Positions 24,765-37,685 of a stretch of 64,000 nucleotides of DNA are shown here, one piece after another. Under the pieces are notes generated by a model. The model was not told where the DNA came from. It saw nothing but the letters and a program-made list of their open reading frames with translations, and made no database searches. The DNA comes from Glaucostegus cemiculus. Taxonomy: Eukaryota. The stretch is taken from assembly GCA_976551045.1 (NCBI GenBank), contig CDPCPM010000233.1, positions 7,006,001-7,070,000 on the forward strand. Reading direction: 5' to 3'. How positions within the stretch are numbered: position 1 is the first letter of the stretch; each line of letters opens with the position of its first letter. The position numbers and the translations under genes are program-made.

Positions 24765-25440
24765 TCCAAAGCAGTAGACTGTATACTTTTCAAGTCTGCT
24801 GTACCATTCAGTAACATCATCGTTGATATTCTCTCTCTACTTTTCCCATTCCTATAGTCCCTTGGTGTCCAGAAGTCTGTCATATCAGTCTTATATATTC
24901 CTGACAAATGAGCATCCTCGGCCCTTGAGGATTCCAGTCCAATGATTCACAGCCTCCTGACTTAAGAAATTTCTGGCTCATCTTAGTCTTAAGTGGCTGG
25001 ACACTTATCCTGAATCTGTGACGCCAACTGTGGACTTGAATTCAAGTAAAATACATTCTCTCATTTTCTCTCCTTTCAAATATTATAGGAAGTTTATAAT
25101 TTTAAATACCATCTCTTAATCTTCGGTATTCCAGAGAATATATAAGTCTGTCCATTCTGCTCAATCTCTTCTCATAAATCAGCCATCTCCTCCCAGGGAT
25201 CAATTTATTGATTTTTTTTTGTTGCAGTCTTTGCGGTAATTTTATCTTTTCATAGATGAAGAGCTCAGAATTACTTAGATATTGTCTAATCAAATCATAT
25301 TATAAGATTCATACAGCAGCTCACTTGCAACAAAGATGATTATACCATTTGCCTTCCCAACTTCTTATTGTATCTGTAAACTTCTTTGTGATTTGTATAC
25401 GAGGCCATGTAAATCCCTCTGAATGCTAGTATTTATTAAT
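24765..25440 (-). mobile_element. Decayed CR1 LINE 3' portion
   Basis: Minus remnant LIPGRRWLIYEKRLSRMDRLIYSLEYRRLRDG and a CR1-type 3' end. Confidence 0.65.
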
Positions 25441-25554
25441 TTCTCACTTTTTCAACTGTTTTGCTTTTTTATTCTTCTGACCATATTTCTCCATATTACA
25501 CTCTATTTGTCATCTTCTTGCCCATCCACAATCTTCTTATACCAGTTATATCTT

Positions 25555-25801
25555 ACAGAAGGATCTATTGCAGAAGGAGGCCGTTTGGTCCAGCAAGTCT
25601 GTACCAGCTCCTGTCTTCTTGTTTCCTTGTAGCTCCTTTAATTCATTTTGCCATTAACCTATTTGAGAGGATAAGTTACAGCACCCACAGGAAACACATG
25701 CAGTCATGTTGGGAACATGCTAACTCTGTACAGATAGCACTTGAAGTACTGAACCTGGGTTCCTGGAGATGTTAGATAGCAGAATTAAGTGTTGTACCAC
25801 C
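25555..25801 (-). mobile_element. Decayed V-SINE
   Basis: Reverse complement shows a tRNA-like head (CCCAGGTTCAGT), GTTTCCTGTGGGTGCT V-domain, and tail GACTTGCTGGACCAAACGGCCTCCTTCTG. Confidence 0.6.
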
Positions 25802-28730
25802 ATATCACCCTTTCCCTTTGGATCTTCTTAGTCCTCTCATCACAGTCCCCTGCATCTTTGTAAGATCAGTGCATTCTTGGATTTATTACAATTAGTTTCT
25901 TCATCTAAGACATTAGCTTAGATTGTAAATAGTTCAAGTACAAGCACTGATTCCACTAGTTGCATTGACACATCCCAAATTGAAAATATCCCAATTATTC
26001 CCATCCTCTGTCTTTAGTCACTGAGTTAATCCCCAGTGCATGCAAACATCTTGTCCTCATCTCATTATCCTGAATCTTGTGTAAAAATTCCTTGCATTAT
26101 ACCTTATGTCTTCTGAAAATCCAAAATTATATTACTTACCTATCTCCCTGGCTAGAAATATATTCAAAATCATTCTGAAAGATCCAACATAATTTCCCTT
26201 GCATAAAATGGTTCTGATCCTGTCCAATTGTGTTCTGATGTTCCATGTACCTTGTTCTCTGACCCAAGTAATAGATCATTGTCTAATGGTAGATCTCTAG
26301 CTATTTCCCTGCGCTATATTAGACCAACTGACTTAGATTTCCCTATTTTCTTTTTCTTTTAAACAGCAGTATTATAATAATGACCTCCCAAAACAGGAGA
26401 TTTTTCTAGAACTTTGCATTTATCATTTCTGGAGCACTGCTTTTAAAAGAAAAATAATTTTCAGCGGTTAACAAATGTAAAATTTAAAAAGACAAACAGA
26501 ATTAAAAAAGGATTCATCTGTACTGGTTCATTTTCTTGTTGCATAACCTAATAGGTTCATGGATTTACAGGCTTTAGTCCTATTACATTTTCCAAGGTTT
26601 GTGATTTATTTATATAAATTATTACAATATTTTTCTTTGCATATACTATTAGATTACTTTCATTTGCCTAGAAATTGGATATTACTCTTTTTTTTGGTAT
26701 GGTAAACATGTACTATTTACAGCACTAATGCCCAGTAACATTCCCTGAAAAAGTTTCTAGGTTTGGTCAAAAATACATGAAAAGTAGGACTATTGCAATA
26801 TAATGCATGAATTCATGCGTAAAAACAGGACCTCTTATGCAAACTTTGTAAATTCCATGTTATTACCCCACAATACAGCTGGCACATGCATCATCACTCA
26901 CTCCTGTTCCCATTACAGCCACAGTACAGTGATGGAAAAGTCCACAGCAAAAGGGAAGGAAAACATAGGGAAGAGGGGCCACTGCACTCTACATTTCTGG
27001 TAGAGGACCATTGACCTGAAATATTGATTCTGATCGGCTCTACATAGATGTTGATTTTTTTTCTCTCTCATTTTCAGTTTTTATTTTGGATTTCCAGCAT
27101 CTGCAGTGGCTTGCTTTTGGACAGAAAAGCAAGGCCTCAAGATGTGTAATGTAGGATATCAATATGACAGTGTAGACTCATTAATTGGGATCTCATTCCA
27201 GAACCGTGTGCAAGCACCCCTTGTTTTTTTTGTGATGAAATAATGAAAGTCAAAGGTTTCTCTAAAAATCTCCAATTCTGTTGGCAATGAAGGAAATATG
27301 AGCAGTCCAAGATATGATATCATTAGTGATACAACTGAGAGTGGGCAAACATTAGTTGTGCTGAGGTGAATCATGCCCAAACGTTCAAACATGAACTAAG
27401 TGACTTTTATGGTGCATTACAAATGAATAAAAATGGGTCCAATTTTTAGGCAATTTTCCTTTTTTTCTTCTTTGTCAATGTTTTAATCATCCTTTGCTGA
27501 TTTCTGACACCTTGACCTAAGTAATCTTTTTGGGAACTTTGCAAGCATTTTTTAATCTCATCTTGTCCTTCTCTAATTAGCCACAGTTGGACTATTTCTT
27601 CAATTCTTCTTTTTATTCTGCAGGCGAGTGTATATTCTTTAGGAATTATAAATTATATATTTTATTGATTAACATTGCCTATATGCCATTACATATTTTA
27701 ATCTAATTTCCCAGTTCACCTTTGCCAAATGCATTTTTCTTCCTGATTATGGTAACAATTTATAAATACAGATGGTAAGGGTATGTGCCTGAACTAGTGA
27801 AAACCTATTTATATACACAGATCAAGCTCCAATAATGTCCTTGGGGTGTAATTTGCTATTTTAACCTGAATGGGTTGCAATGTAGTTCTGGTGTTGAGCC
27901 AAACCTGCTGGGAGCAGCACTCCGTGTGAAATAACCAGCAAAGGAAATCATTAAGGGAAGGAGTATTCCTTGATGCTCCGTAAAATCCTTGGTCTTCCTT
28001 GTCCCAATGATCAGCTTCAATCTGTTCACCCCATACCCAACCAGTCCCACTACATTAATACCACCACTGCATTTCAGTCCATTCAATTATCTTTCAATGT
28101 CATTGTCCACAGAAGGAAGCTATCAGTGACTAAGAATGGGAGTACTAGCCCACTAAAGCACTCTCTCTTATTACATAAGAGGTGAAGAGGTTGATAAAAG
28201 GAATGACAGAAGCAATGCTGAAGTATGGGTTTTGGATAGATAGGAAATGGGTAGCAGAACTTTTAAGAGAAAGGGACAAAAATGTCAACAGACCAAGAGT
28301 GAGAGTTGAAGGGCTAGATTATATAATTAGCAGAAACTATTACTTATATTAGACAGCCAAAAGATAGTCACAAGACTAATCTGCAAAAAGCTGATGCCGG
28401 GAGGAATGAAGGCTTGGTAAATATTTCCATCATTTGTAGACTGTGAAAACTCTGAGAAAAATGGGTGAGTAAGTGTATGAGATTAACAGAGGTTTGCTAA
28501 TACAACCTAAAATCTGAACCATTTATAGAGTAAAACATTCAAAAATGCTTATTTAAAAAATGTATACACTACTTACATATATTTTTTGCATTTCTTTCTA
28601 ATTCCTTAAATATAGTTTAAAAATTGTTAGTAATTCAAATTTCTATTATTTGGAATATTTCTCTTTTTAATCATTTTAATGATATACAAATTATTACATG
28701 ACCAATAATGCAATCTACCTTTCATTTTAG

Positions 28731-31340
28731 AAAATCTAGGTACTACCTCACGTCATTCAAGAAATGGAAAGGACTCTTCGGATATTAATCTGAAGCAAGA
28801 TTTGAATGACTTAAAGAAAGATGGCATAAAAGGCACCACAGACAGATTACCACATGACAAAGATATGACTAAAGGTGGTCTGAAGAGAGGAAATGATCTC
28901 TCAGAAGATGACAGAACTCTGTTTGGTAGAAGAGGTTTGCAGGACTCTGCAGCAGATGGACTGCATGGAGATGATATAAGTGACATTGGGGAATATGGCA
29001 GAATGGGAAAAGATGGTAGTGGAATTGGAAGTGATGATTTTGATGGATTAGGTGGAATAGGTAAAGATGGCATGGGCAGACTCGATGGCAGTGGAAAAGA
29101 TAGCATGGGTGAATTGTATGGAATGGGAAAAGATGGCAAGGGCGGTTGGGATGGAATGGATAGAGAAGGAATAGGAAAAGATGGGAAAGGCAGACTGAGG
29201 GGGATGGGAAATGAAGGCAAGGATAGTTGGGATGCAATGGGAAAAGATGGAAAGGGCAGTTTGGGTGGAATGGGAAAAGATGGAAAGGGCCAATTGGGTG
29301 GATTGGGATTAGATGGTATGGATAGTTGGGATGGAATGGGTAAAGATGGGAAAGGCAATTTGCATGGAATGGGAAATGAAGGCAAAGACAGTTTGGATGG
29401 AATGGGAAAAGTTGGGAAAGGCAGCTTGCATGGAATGGGCAAAGAAGGAAGGGGAATTGGCAGTAAAGGCAGACTGGATGGATTGGGAAAAGATGGCATG
29501 GGTGGATTAGGTGGAATGGGAAAAGATGGGATGGGTGGTTTAGGTGGAATGGGAAAAGATGGCATAGGTAGATTAGATGGAATGGGAAAAGATGGCATGG
29601 GTGGATTAGGTGGAATGGGAAAAAGTGACATGGGTGAATTAGATGGAATGGGTGGTTTAGATGGAATGGGAAAAGGTGGCATGGGTGGATTAGATGGAAT
29701 GGGAAAAGATGGGATGGGTGGATTAGGTGGAATGGGAAAAGGTGGCATGGGTGGATTAGATGGAATGGGAAAAGATGGGATGGGTGGATTAGGTGGAATG
29801 GGAAAAGGTGGCATGGGTGGATTAGATGGAATGGGTGGATTAGGTGGAATGGGAAAAGATGGCATGGGTGGATTAGGTGGAATGGGAAAAAATGGGATGG
29901 GTAGATTAGGTGGAATGGGAAAAGATGGCATGGATGGATTAGATGGAATGGGTGGATTAGGTGGAATGGGAAAAGGTGGGATGGGTGGATTAGGCGGAAC
30001 GGGAAAAGGTGGTATGGGTGGATTAGGTGGAATGGGAAAAGATGGGATGGATGGATTAGTTGGAATGGGAAAAGATGGCATGGGCGGATTAGATGGAATG
30101 GGTGGATTAGGTAGAATGGGAAAAGATGGGATGGGTGGATTAGGTGGAATGGGAAAAGATGGCATGGGTGGATTAGGTGGAATGGGAAAAGGTGGCATGG
30201 GTGGATTAGATGGAATGGGAAAAGATGGCATGGGTGGATTAGATGGAATGGGTGGATTAGGTGGAATGGGAAAAGATGGCATGGGTGGATTAGGTGGAAT
30301 GGGAAAAGATGGCATGGGTGGATTAGGTGGAATGGGAAAAGGTGGCATGGGTGGATTAGATGGAATGGGAAAAAATGGCATGGGTGGATTAGATGGAATG
30401 GGTGGATTAGGTGGAATGGGAAAAGATGGCATGGGTGGATTAGGTGGAATGGGAAAAGATGGCATGGGTGGATTAGGTGGAATGGGAAAAGATGGGATGG
30501 GTGGATTAGATGGAATGGGTGGATTAGGTGGAATGGGAAAAGGTGGCATGGGTGGATTAGATGGAATGGGTGGATTAGGTGGAATGGGAAAAGGTGGCAT
30601 GGCTGGATTAAGTGGAATGGGAAAAGATGGGATGGATGGATTAGGTGGAATGGGAAAAGGTGGCATGGGTGAATTAGATGGAATGGGTGGATTAGGTGGA
30701 ATAGGAAAAGGTGGCATGGGTGGATTAGGTGGAATGAGAAATGATGGGATGGATGGATTAGGTGGAATGGGAAAAGATGGCATGGGTGGATTAGATGGAA
30801 TGGGTGGATTAGGTGGAATGGGGAAAGATGGCATGGGTGGATTAGATGGAATGAGAAAAAGTGGCATGGGTGAATTAGATGGAATGGGGAAAGATGGGAA
30901 AGACAGATTGGGTGGTATGAGACTTGGTGGTAAGGGCAGATTGGATGAAATAGGAGAAGATGGCATGGATGGATCAGAAGGAATAGGAAAAGATGGAAAG
31001 AGCAGATTGGCTGGAATTGGAAAGGATGGAAAGCACAGTTTGGATGGAATGGGAAGAGATGGAAGGGACCGATTGGATGGTGGCCTTGATGACGTTGATG
31101 CCTTAAGTGGAGGACTGTTGAGTATGAGTGGAAGTGCTGGAGCTGCAAAAGGTGGACGTGCCTCATCAGCAGGCAATAAAACAGGTTTACTGGGAGATGA
31201 TAAAATGTCAATCCAAGATGAATCCATGGCTGAGGGTATACAAGATCTGTTGGCTTCTGATTTATCCCAGAGTGCTAGAAGGAGAAAAGGAAGACTTTCA
31301 GAGAGTGAATTTACAGCAGACCAGAATCTCAAGAACAAAG
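28731..31340 (+). CDS. IGFN1: IGFN1 coding exon 11, giant 2610-nt low-complexity Gly/Met-rich exon
   Basis: TTTCATTTTAG acceptor, AAG|GTAAAT donor, open for 870 codons, phase 1-1, in frame with exons 10 and 12. It sits where IGFN1 is known to have a large disordered insert between its N- and C-terminal globular blocks. Confidence 0.9.
29480..30905 (+). repeat. Coding minisatellite: 33-nt unit GGAATGGGAAAAGATGGCATGGGTGGATTAG(G/A)T interleaved with 18-nt half-units
   Basis: About 37 copies of the 11-aa unit GMGK(D/G)GMGGL(G/D) and about 11 copies of GMGGL(G/D), counted by eye. Diverged 11-aa copies continue out to about 28990 and 31080. Confidence 0.95.
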
Positions 31341-32595
31341 GTAAATATACACTGGAATAAATCTTATAATAATGAGATAAAATAGTGCATTTCTGTGATA
31401 ATGGATATGTATCTTACTCCTGAAACTATACCTTTAGGTAACTGCTTTGAGACGGCATCACAAACCTTTGGCTAAAGTCTGGTTCTTATCAGACTTCTGG
31501 AATCTTACTCCTCCTGAATTGATCATTTCTAGATATTAGAACTCTGGTCCAGTGTTTTCATTTTGTATGCACAATAATTCTGGTGCAAGGTGATTCCAGG
31601 ATAATCTGTACTTGCAGAAGTGATTTGGTTCCCAAACTTCTGCTCAAATATCTTCAACTTAAAATCTACCTTGAAGTAGTGCTTTAGAACTTATTTTAAA
31701 GAATTGCTTCATAATATTCCATGTGATGTAATGTTATTAATGCCTCTGAGAAGTGAGCAAATTTAGTCATTCACATGCAGCATCATGTGAGCAACCTGAT
31801 TTAAAAATACTGAAAATGACATTGAAATTGCTGAACCATTTGTATAGCATAGGTGCTTTCTTAGTATTTAAGAAAAGGTGCTCGTTCAATCTCTTTAAAA
31901 TTATACCTTGTCGTGTCCTTGTGTCCAAACAACTAATTTCAATAAGCTCCACAGAGCCCCAAAGTAGTGAAAAATTGCACTGGTTATTACTGCAATCAGC
32001 AGGCCATGACACAAATGATTATAGTAACATGAATTATGCTGGATATAATTTCTTCTTGAAATTCTCTGATTCTTTTCTACTGGTTAGGCCAAATTACAGT
32101 GTGTAAAAGAAGTGCAATCCAGTAGAAAGTCCAGACCACAGTACCTTCGACATCTCTTCATAATAACAAATTGGTCCATTACTTGAAACAGAGCCTTTCA
32201 TGGTTCCACTTATTTGATGTTATATCATAATGTTATTAATTTAAGCTGGAAGGACAGAAAGGTCAAAATATCTGGGCATTTTTAAAATTGCACTTGAAAT
32301 AATCTCCTCTGTCATAATTATGCATGGATAAAGAAATTTATGTTGTATTAAAATAACTTTCAAAAATGAGACCTAGTTGTATTAAAGTTTTGACCCCAAT
32401 TCAAATTATGTTAGAAATCAGATATTACTGAAAGATATGAACATTTAACCCAATACAGAAAATGTCATTAAAAATCAAATGATTAACATTATGCCATGCA
32501 ATATTAGTCTCTTTCACTCAATTTCATAGATCAGATTAATTTTTGACTTGTATCAGGCACTTCATTCACATCAGATTTTCTTTGCGTTAATACAG

Positions 32596-32717
32596 GAGCT
32601 CACCACTTCAAAAGTGGTCTTACAGACATCAGTGCCAGGAAGGGAGAGGCAGCTGAACTTTGTTGTGTGATGAAGAATGAAGAAGCACAAGGTTCCTGGT
32701 TTAAGGATGGTAAAAAG
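32596..32717 (+). CDS. IGFN1: IGFN1 coding exon 12 (GAHHFKSGLTDISARKGEAAELCCVMKNEEAQGSWFKDGKK)
   Basis: TACAG acceptor, AAG|GTAGCT donor, WFKDG Ig motif. Confidence 0.93.
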
Positions 32718-33629
32718 GTAGCTCAGAAACTGATAATTAAATATTTTTAAATTGAGTGAATAACTTAGAAGCTCCTGTTTACTTAAGGAATAAATAGGGC
32801 CCAATTCACCTCTGCAACACATAATAAGCAGTGTTGTACAAACAAAAATCACATAAATGAGACATTAACTAATTTTATCTCTGCTTCTGAGTTTTTGCAA
32901 ATAGTTAATAAAGTAGGAAGTTCTTGTGGGAGAAGTTTGTGAAATCTTGTACATCCAAATTGCTAAGTGACATTAATATATGCACAATACACAAAATTAA
33001 TTTCTGATTAGATTTTCATTGATGTTGGTGTGAATCACAGTTTTGGTGTGAATCACAATTGTTGCTGTTGACTCGAAGAAGAACCAACCTGTAGTAAAGC
33101 CAAAGGCTCACTATATTTGAGTTATTTACATGGTGAGATGCATGTTTCCTACTGTTACTGACAGAGAGCTAAACAAATGTCTGACAAAAGTCAAAGTCAG
33201 GGTAATCTTCACTCATAGAAACCTTGCTCAGGACTCTTGCAGGCTGGCCCTACTGTGATATGCCACATGTAACACCTTACTGCACATAAATGAATTACAA
33301 AAGTCAAGAATATGTACCTGATATAAAAACAGAAGAAGCTGAAAAGACTTAGCAAGTTAGGCAGTATTTGCATAGAACAAAACAGCTAATGTTTCAGGTG
33401 GATGATTTTTCATTTGAAATAGGGAACGATAGGAATAAAACATGTCATACATTGCAGACTAAGGGTGGAATTCTCGATAGGACAAAAGGGAAGGATTGCA
33501 ATAGGGTGGAAATAGGAGGGATTGAATGGCACAAGTAATGGCTCTATGTGGGAAAGGCTGGTGAAGGCAAGTGAATAATAGGACTGGACAGAGACCTTGT
33601 GGTTTATGAAAAAGACATTTTTTTCATTT

Positions 33630-34720
33630 TGAGATTGCAGCAAGCAGAATGGATAACATAAGGCCAGATGATGTGGTGTATTTGTCCTTTCAGACATTTA
33701 ATACTGTACCACATGAGACTATCAAAAGAAATTTGAGTAAATGGGTTTGGGAGCATTATACTAGAATGGATAATGGACTAGTATTGGAAAGAGAACAGAG
33801 ATTAGGAATAAACAGTTTATTTTTAGATTGGGAGCTGTAACCAGTGAGATGTCTCAGGAATCAGTGCTGGGGCCCCAGCTCTGCAAATCTACATCAGTAA
33901 TTTGCGTGAGGGGATCAAATGTAATATATCCAAATGTGATGATGATACAAAGTTAGGTGGCAATGTGGGCAGTGAAAAGGATGCAAAAAAGGCTTTGGGA
34001 GTTATAGGCAGACAAAGTTGATGAGCAAGGCAGCTGGAATATAATGAAGAAAAATGTGAGGTCAACTAGTTTGTGTAAAAAAAAGAAAGGCATACATTTT
34101 TTACCCAGAAGGTGATTGAAAGATGTTTGTGGTCACAGGATCTTGGTTGTCTATATACATGAAGCATTGCAAGTTAACATGCAGATTCGGAAGCAAGTAA
34201 AAAGGCTAAAGATTGCAAATGAATTTAAGTCAATGAGTGGAGCTCTCTTTTTACAATTATAGGGGACCTGGGTGAGACAATATCTAAAATATTGTACACA
34301 GGTTTAATCACTGTACCTTAGGAAAGATTTACTTGTTATAGAAGGAATGCAGTGGAGGTTAGCCAGTTTGATTCCCAGGATGGTGGATTTTTCTTATGAG
34401 GGGATGGTTTTAAAGGGATTAACGAGGTGGTTACAGTGTTAATGTTTTCCATGGCTGAGGTGTCTTGGATGTTAAAGTCAGTAGTCGGCCATTCAGGACA
34501 AAGTTGGAAAGAAATTTCTTCAACTGGTGTGGCAGAAGGCTGTGGTGGCTCAGTTGCTCAGTATATTCAGCGTTAGATCTTTAGATAGTGAAGAAATCAA
34601 GGAATATTGGGTTAATGGAGGAAGTGGCACAGGAATAAAAGATCAACCATGGTCTTAATGAATGGCAGAGTGGTAATTAGGGGTTGGCCACTTCTACTTC
34701 TACTTATGTTCTTACGTTCA
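33630..34720 (+). mobile_element. Decayed CR1 LINE (RT to 3' end)
   Basis: Remnants DVVYLSFQTFNTVPH, CAGGAATCAGTGCTGGGGCCCCAGCT and GATGATACAAAGTTAGGTGG; tail CTTATGTTCTTACGTTC. Confidence 0.8.
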
Positions 34721-36626
34721 CGGTGGGTGTGTCTGTAAATCAAGCGAGCTGTGGGAGTCCACCGGCTTGCTATGCATATTGATCTACCTCCTGAAATAGA
34801 GAAGAGAAAAATCACAAAAGAGTAGGGAAGCACAGAAATGAGCAATGTGAAAGTGAAAGAAAGGTGGAAATTGATGAATAAGATGATGAAAGTTTTGAGT
34901 TCTGTACTAGAACAGGAAGCAGCACTGACTGGCAAAATGGGAAATCTGCATTTACACCAGGAAGGAGCATTTGACTGTCATGCAAAGCTTCCAGAAGTGC
35001 AGGTATTCATAAAGGGAGTTCATATCCTTTCAGGCACCTCCCTGACAACTCTTTCCATGAGTTCCCTTTGTCAAGAAGGGGTCTCTATTCTTCAGAAGAC
35101 TATGAACTGTTTTCTGTATCCCTAGGAAGAATCTGCTGACTCTCTCCCACCCATATAGCCTGCACTAATTCCTTGGAGAATGTCCCCAATATCTGAAAGA
35201 ATATCAATTCTGGTGTCGTGTGATCCAATAAAGGCTTCTCCTTGAGTTCAAAGTCATGAGGAAAAGTGCTCCTGACATGGTAAATTTGACTCCTAATACT
35301 GACTATTCCTGAAGCGGAAGAGAGTTACATGAAGAAACTTGTGTTTTGGACTGTTTGCCTACAAATCTCATTTTTATAGAGTTTTTTGTTCAGAGTTAGG
35401 GAGATTGCCCACCAACGCTGATTTAATGTTGGAAAAAATGTGAACTTCTTGGCCTTGGTTTCTTCATTACCTTGCTTGTAAGGATATACAGAATGGTTAC
35501 TGACAATCATTCCATCCTCATTATGTGTACCTGCTTTCAATGCAAAAAACTTTCCCATGAGAGAAAATTCCATGTAAATCATATGTGATCTAAATCCATC
35601 AATAGCATTTATTCTTGGGAACTCAGGGAATTATGTGGTCACAGGTTAGTTGATTTTGCCAGATATAATTTCTGTTATCCTTCCCCCTTTCATTGGCATT
35701 GGAAGATTGGCCTAGGGCTGTTGTCCTGGCTGACTTAAAGTAAAGGACAAGGAAGAATGTCTGTGCCCTCCCAGGTGTCTCCTCACCATCACGGGGTAAC
35801 ATATCTCACTTTAGTAGATGTTGCAGTGGTGGTTCCTGAAAAGAAAATGTACCAGCAGACTCCAGTAGGGTGCAGTCCATTGCAACCACCTGAGAGTGTC
35901 AAATAGCATCTCATCCAAACTTCAGTAACCATTAAAGAAGGGACTGAGTGCTGATCTATAATATCATCAGTCTGCAATCTCTAGCCTGATTCCAGGACTT
36001 CATTTCTCCAAATTCCATTGACTGTTTCTTCGGTGTTGGCAAAAGTGCTACTGATAAGTTTGGATGCTTCTCCAGAAGCTTTTGAAGTTTTGCCCCCCAT
36101 GCATCATACATTACTGTGATGCTGGCTTTAATTCCCACAATACTGCACGGGAAACAATTCCAAGGTTTCAACCTACCAGCAATGAAACTATTAAACATCA
36201 TAAAAATAGTGTCATATGGTGGAATTGAAGCACCTTGGATCTATCTTATCATTTTCAAATCTTTGCTGGTAAGTGTATCATAATTCATATTGAGGAGAAA
36301 GAGACTGGATATATGAAGTTCTCTTCATGGGTAATTACACTGAGTAATTATATTGGAGATAAGTTCAGAAGAATTTTGTGCATTATAATACAGCAATTTA
36401 TAATGAAGAAATACCAACAGATTGAAATAACTTTATTCGTGTATCTGGAAGTTGTCATTATTTGTATCACCTGCTATGTTTCTTACATTATAATGTCCCC
36501 AGAGTTTCAGTTGAGAGTTATTGCCTTCAATAAAGAATGTTCTGTTTATCTGTCTACCTCAATTTATTTGTTTACTCAAGCAGCTACACAATAGAACCCA
36601 TAGATAATCCATTTGTGTGCTCATAG

Positions 36627-36768
36627 ATTACCTCCGGAAATGGAAAGATTATTACAAAGGAAGGAGCAGTACAAAAATTGACCTTAGCTCATGTCCAAGA
36701 GGAGGACTCGGGGTTATATACATTTGAATCAGATGGAGGAAGAACAGAAGCTTCACTATTTGTTAAAG
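36627..36768 (+). CDS. IGFN1: IGFN1 coding exon 13 (ITSGNGKIITKEGAVQKLTLAHVQEEDSGLYTFESDGGRTEASLFVK)
   Basis: CATAG acceptor, G|GTAAAT donor, DSGxY motif. Confidence 0.93.
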
Positions 36769-37464
36769 GTAAATTGAAATGCTCATGAAATTTGCGGTAG
36801 CTTTTGTGACACTAAATTCAATTTAAATCCAAAATAAACCAACAAAGACACGCAACAGTAGGAGAAAAGAAAATCTGACAGAGTTCTAACCTGTTAATAG
36901 AAATCCTTCCCATGATATCTTTAATTTTCTTCTCTATAAGTTTACTTACAATTGTAGAAGTACAATAATATTGCATCTGAAGGCTTTATGAATCTTCTCA
37001 TCAGTTCAGATTGCTTAGTAGTGTAATTCATAGGTCACCAATGTATTCCATAATACATGGATATTTCACCCACTAGATACTTATTTTTTAGAAGTGGCTT
37101 TTTTATGTTAAATCAAATATTCAAAGATTTTGTAAATGTGTTGGCTGGAGGCCAGCTCCAATGTTAGCTTTATAAATCAAAGTGACTAAGTTTCTTTGTA
37201 CTTTGTCAAGTCAGTAAAGCATTCGTTATAATCATGAAAAAAGGGAATTCTTATTTATTAATGCCTTGGAACTTATGAGCCTAGTGCTTTAGTCTTGCCT
37301 TTTGGAATATACATTATGATATTAATTTATAAGAACACCATTATCCCATTCTCTAGAAGGATATAAATTGCAGTTACTCCTATTAATGCACTACAAATAA
37401 TCTTCAAATTTTGAAGCTAAACTAATTCATTTTGCTTTGCCTGCATATAAGTAGTGATGGAAAG

Positions 37465-37685
37465 ACAGAAAATGATGAAGATACTCAGCAAGTTTGACAG
37501 CATCTATGGAGAGAGAAACAGAGCTAACATTTCACGTTGGTGATCTTCTGTCACAGAATGAAGCTCTGTTCATCCTACAGTCAACCTCTTTTTCTTTCTC
37601 CAGAGAGGTTGCCTGACTTGCTGCGTAACTCCAGAATTTTCTAGTTTTATTGTGGATTACCAGCATAAGCAGTCTGTTGCTTTTT
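37465..37685. repeat. Penelope pLTR-derived fold-back element
   Basis: Arms ATACTCAGCAAGTTTGACAGCATCTATGGAGAGAGAAA and TTTCTCCAGAGAGGTTGCCTGACTTGCTGCGTAACT are imperfect inverted repeats. Confidence 0.7.

Noticed and set aside
29480-30905. Array as a CRISPR or telomere/satellite-like non-coding repeat
   Set aside because: There are no unique spacers, the context is eukaryotic, and all unit lengths are multiples of 3 inside a spliced, in-frame exon.
28753-31338. 861-aa Pro-rich and 780-aa His/Phe-rich antisense ORFs
   Set aside because: Shadows of the sense-strand repeat. The plus strand lacks TCA/CTA there and has TTA in only one frame, so two minus frames are automatically stop-free. No independent gene signals.
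33025-33057. Short tandem duplication TTGGTGTGAATCACA x2; also (ATCTT)n at about 48783-48805 and a GATA/GACA tract at about 3929-3980
   Set aside because: Ordinary slippage products in non-coding DNA with no sign of function.
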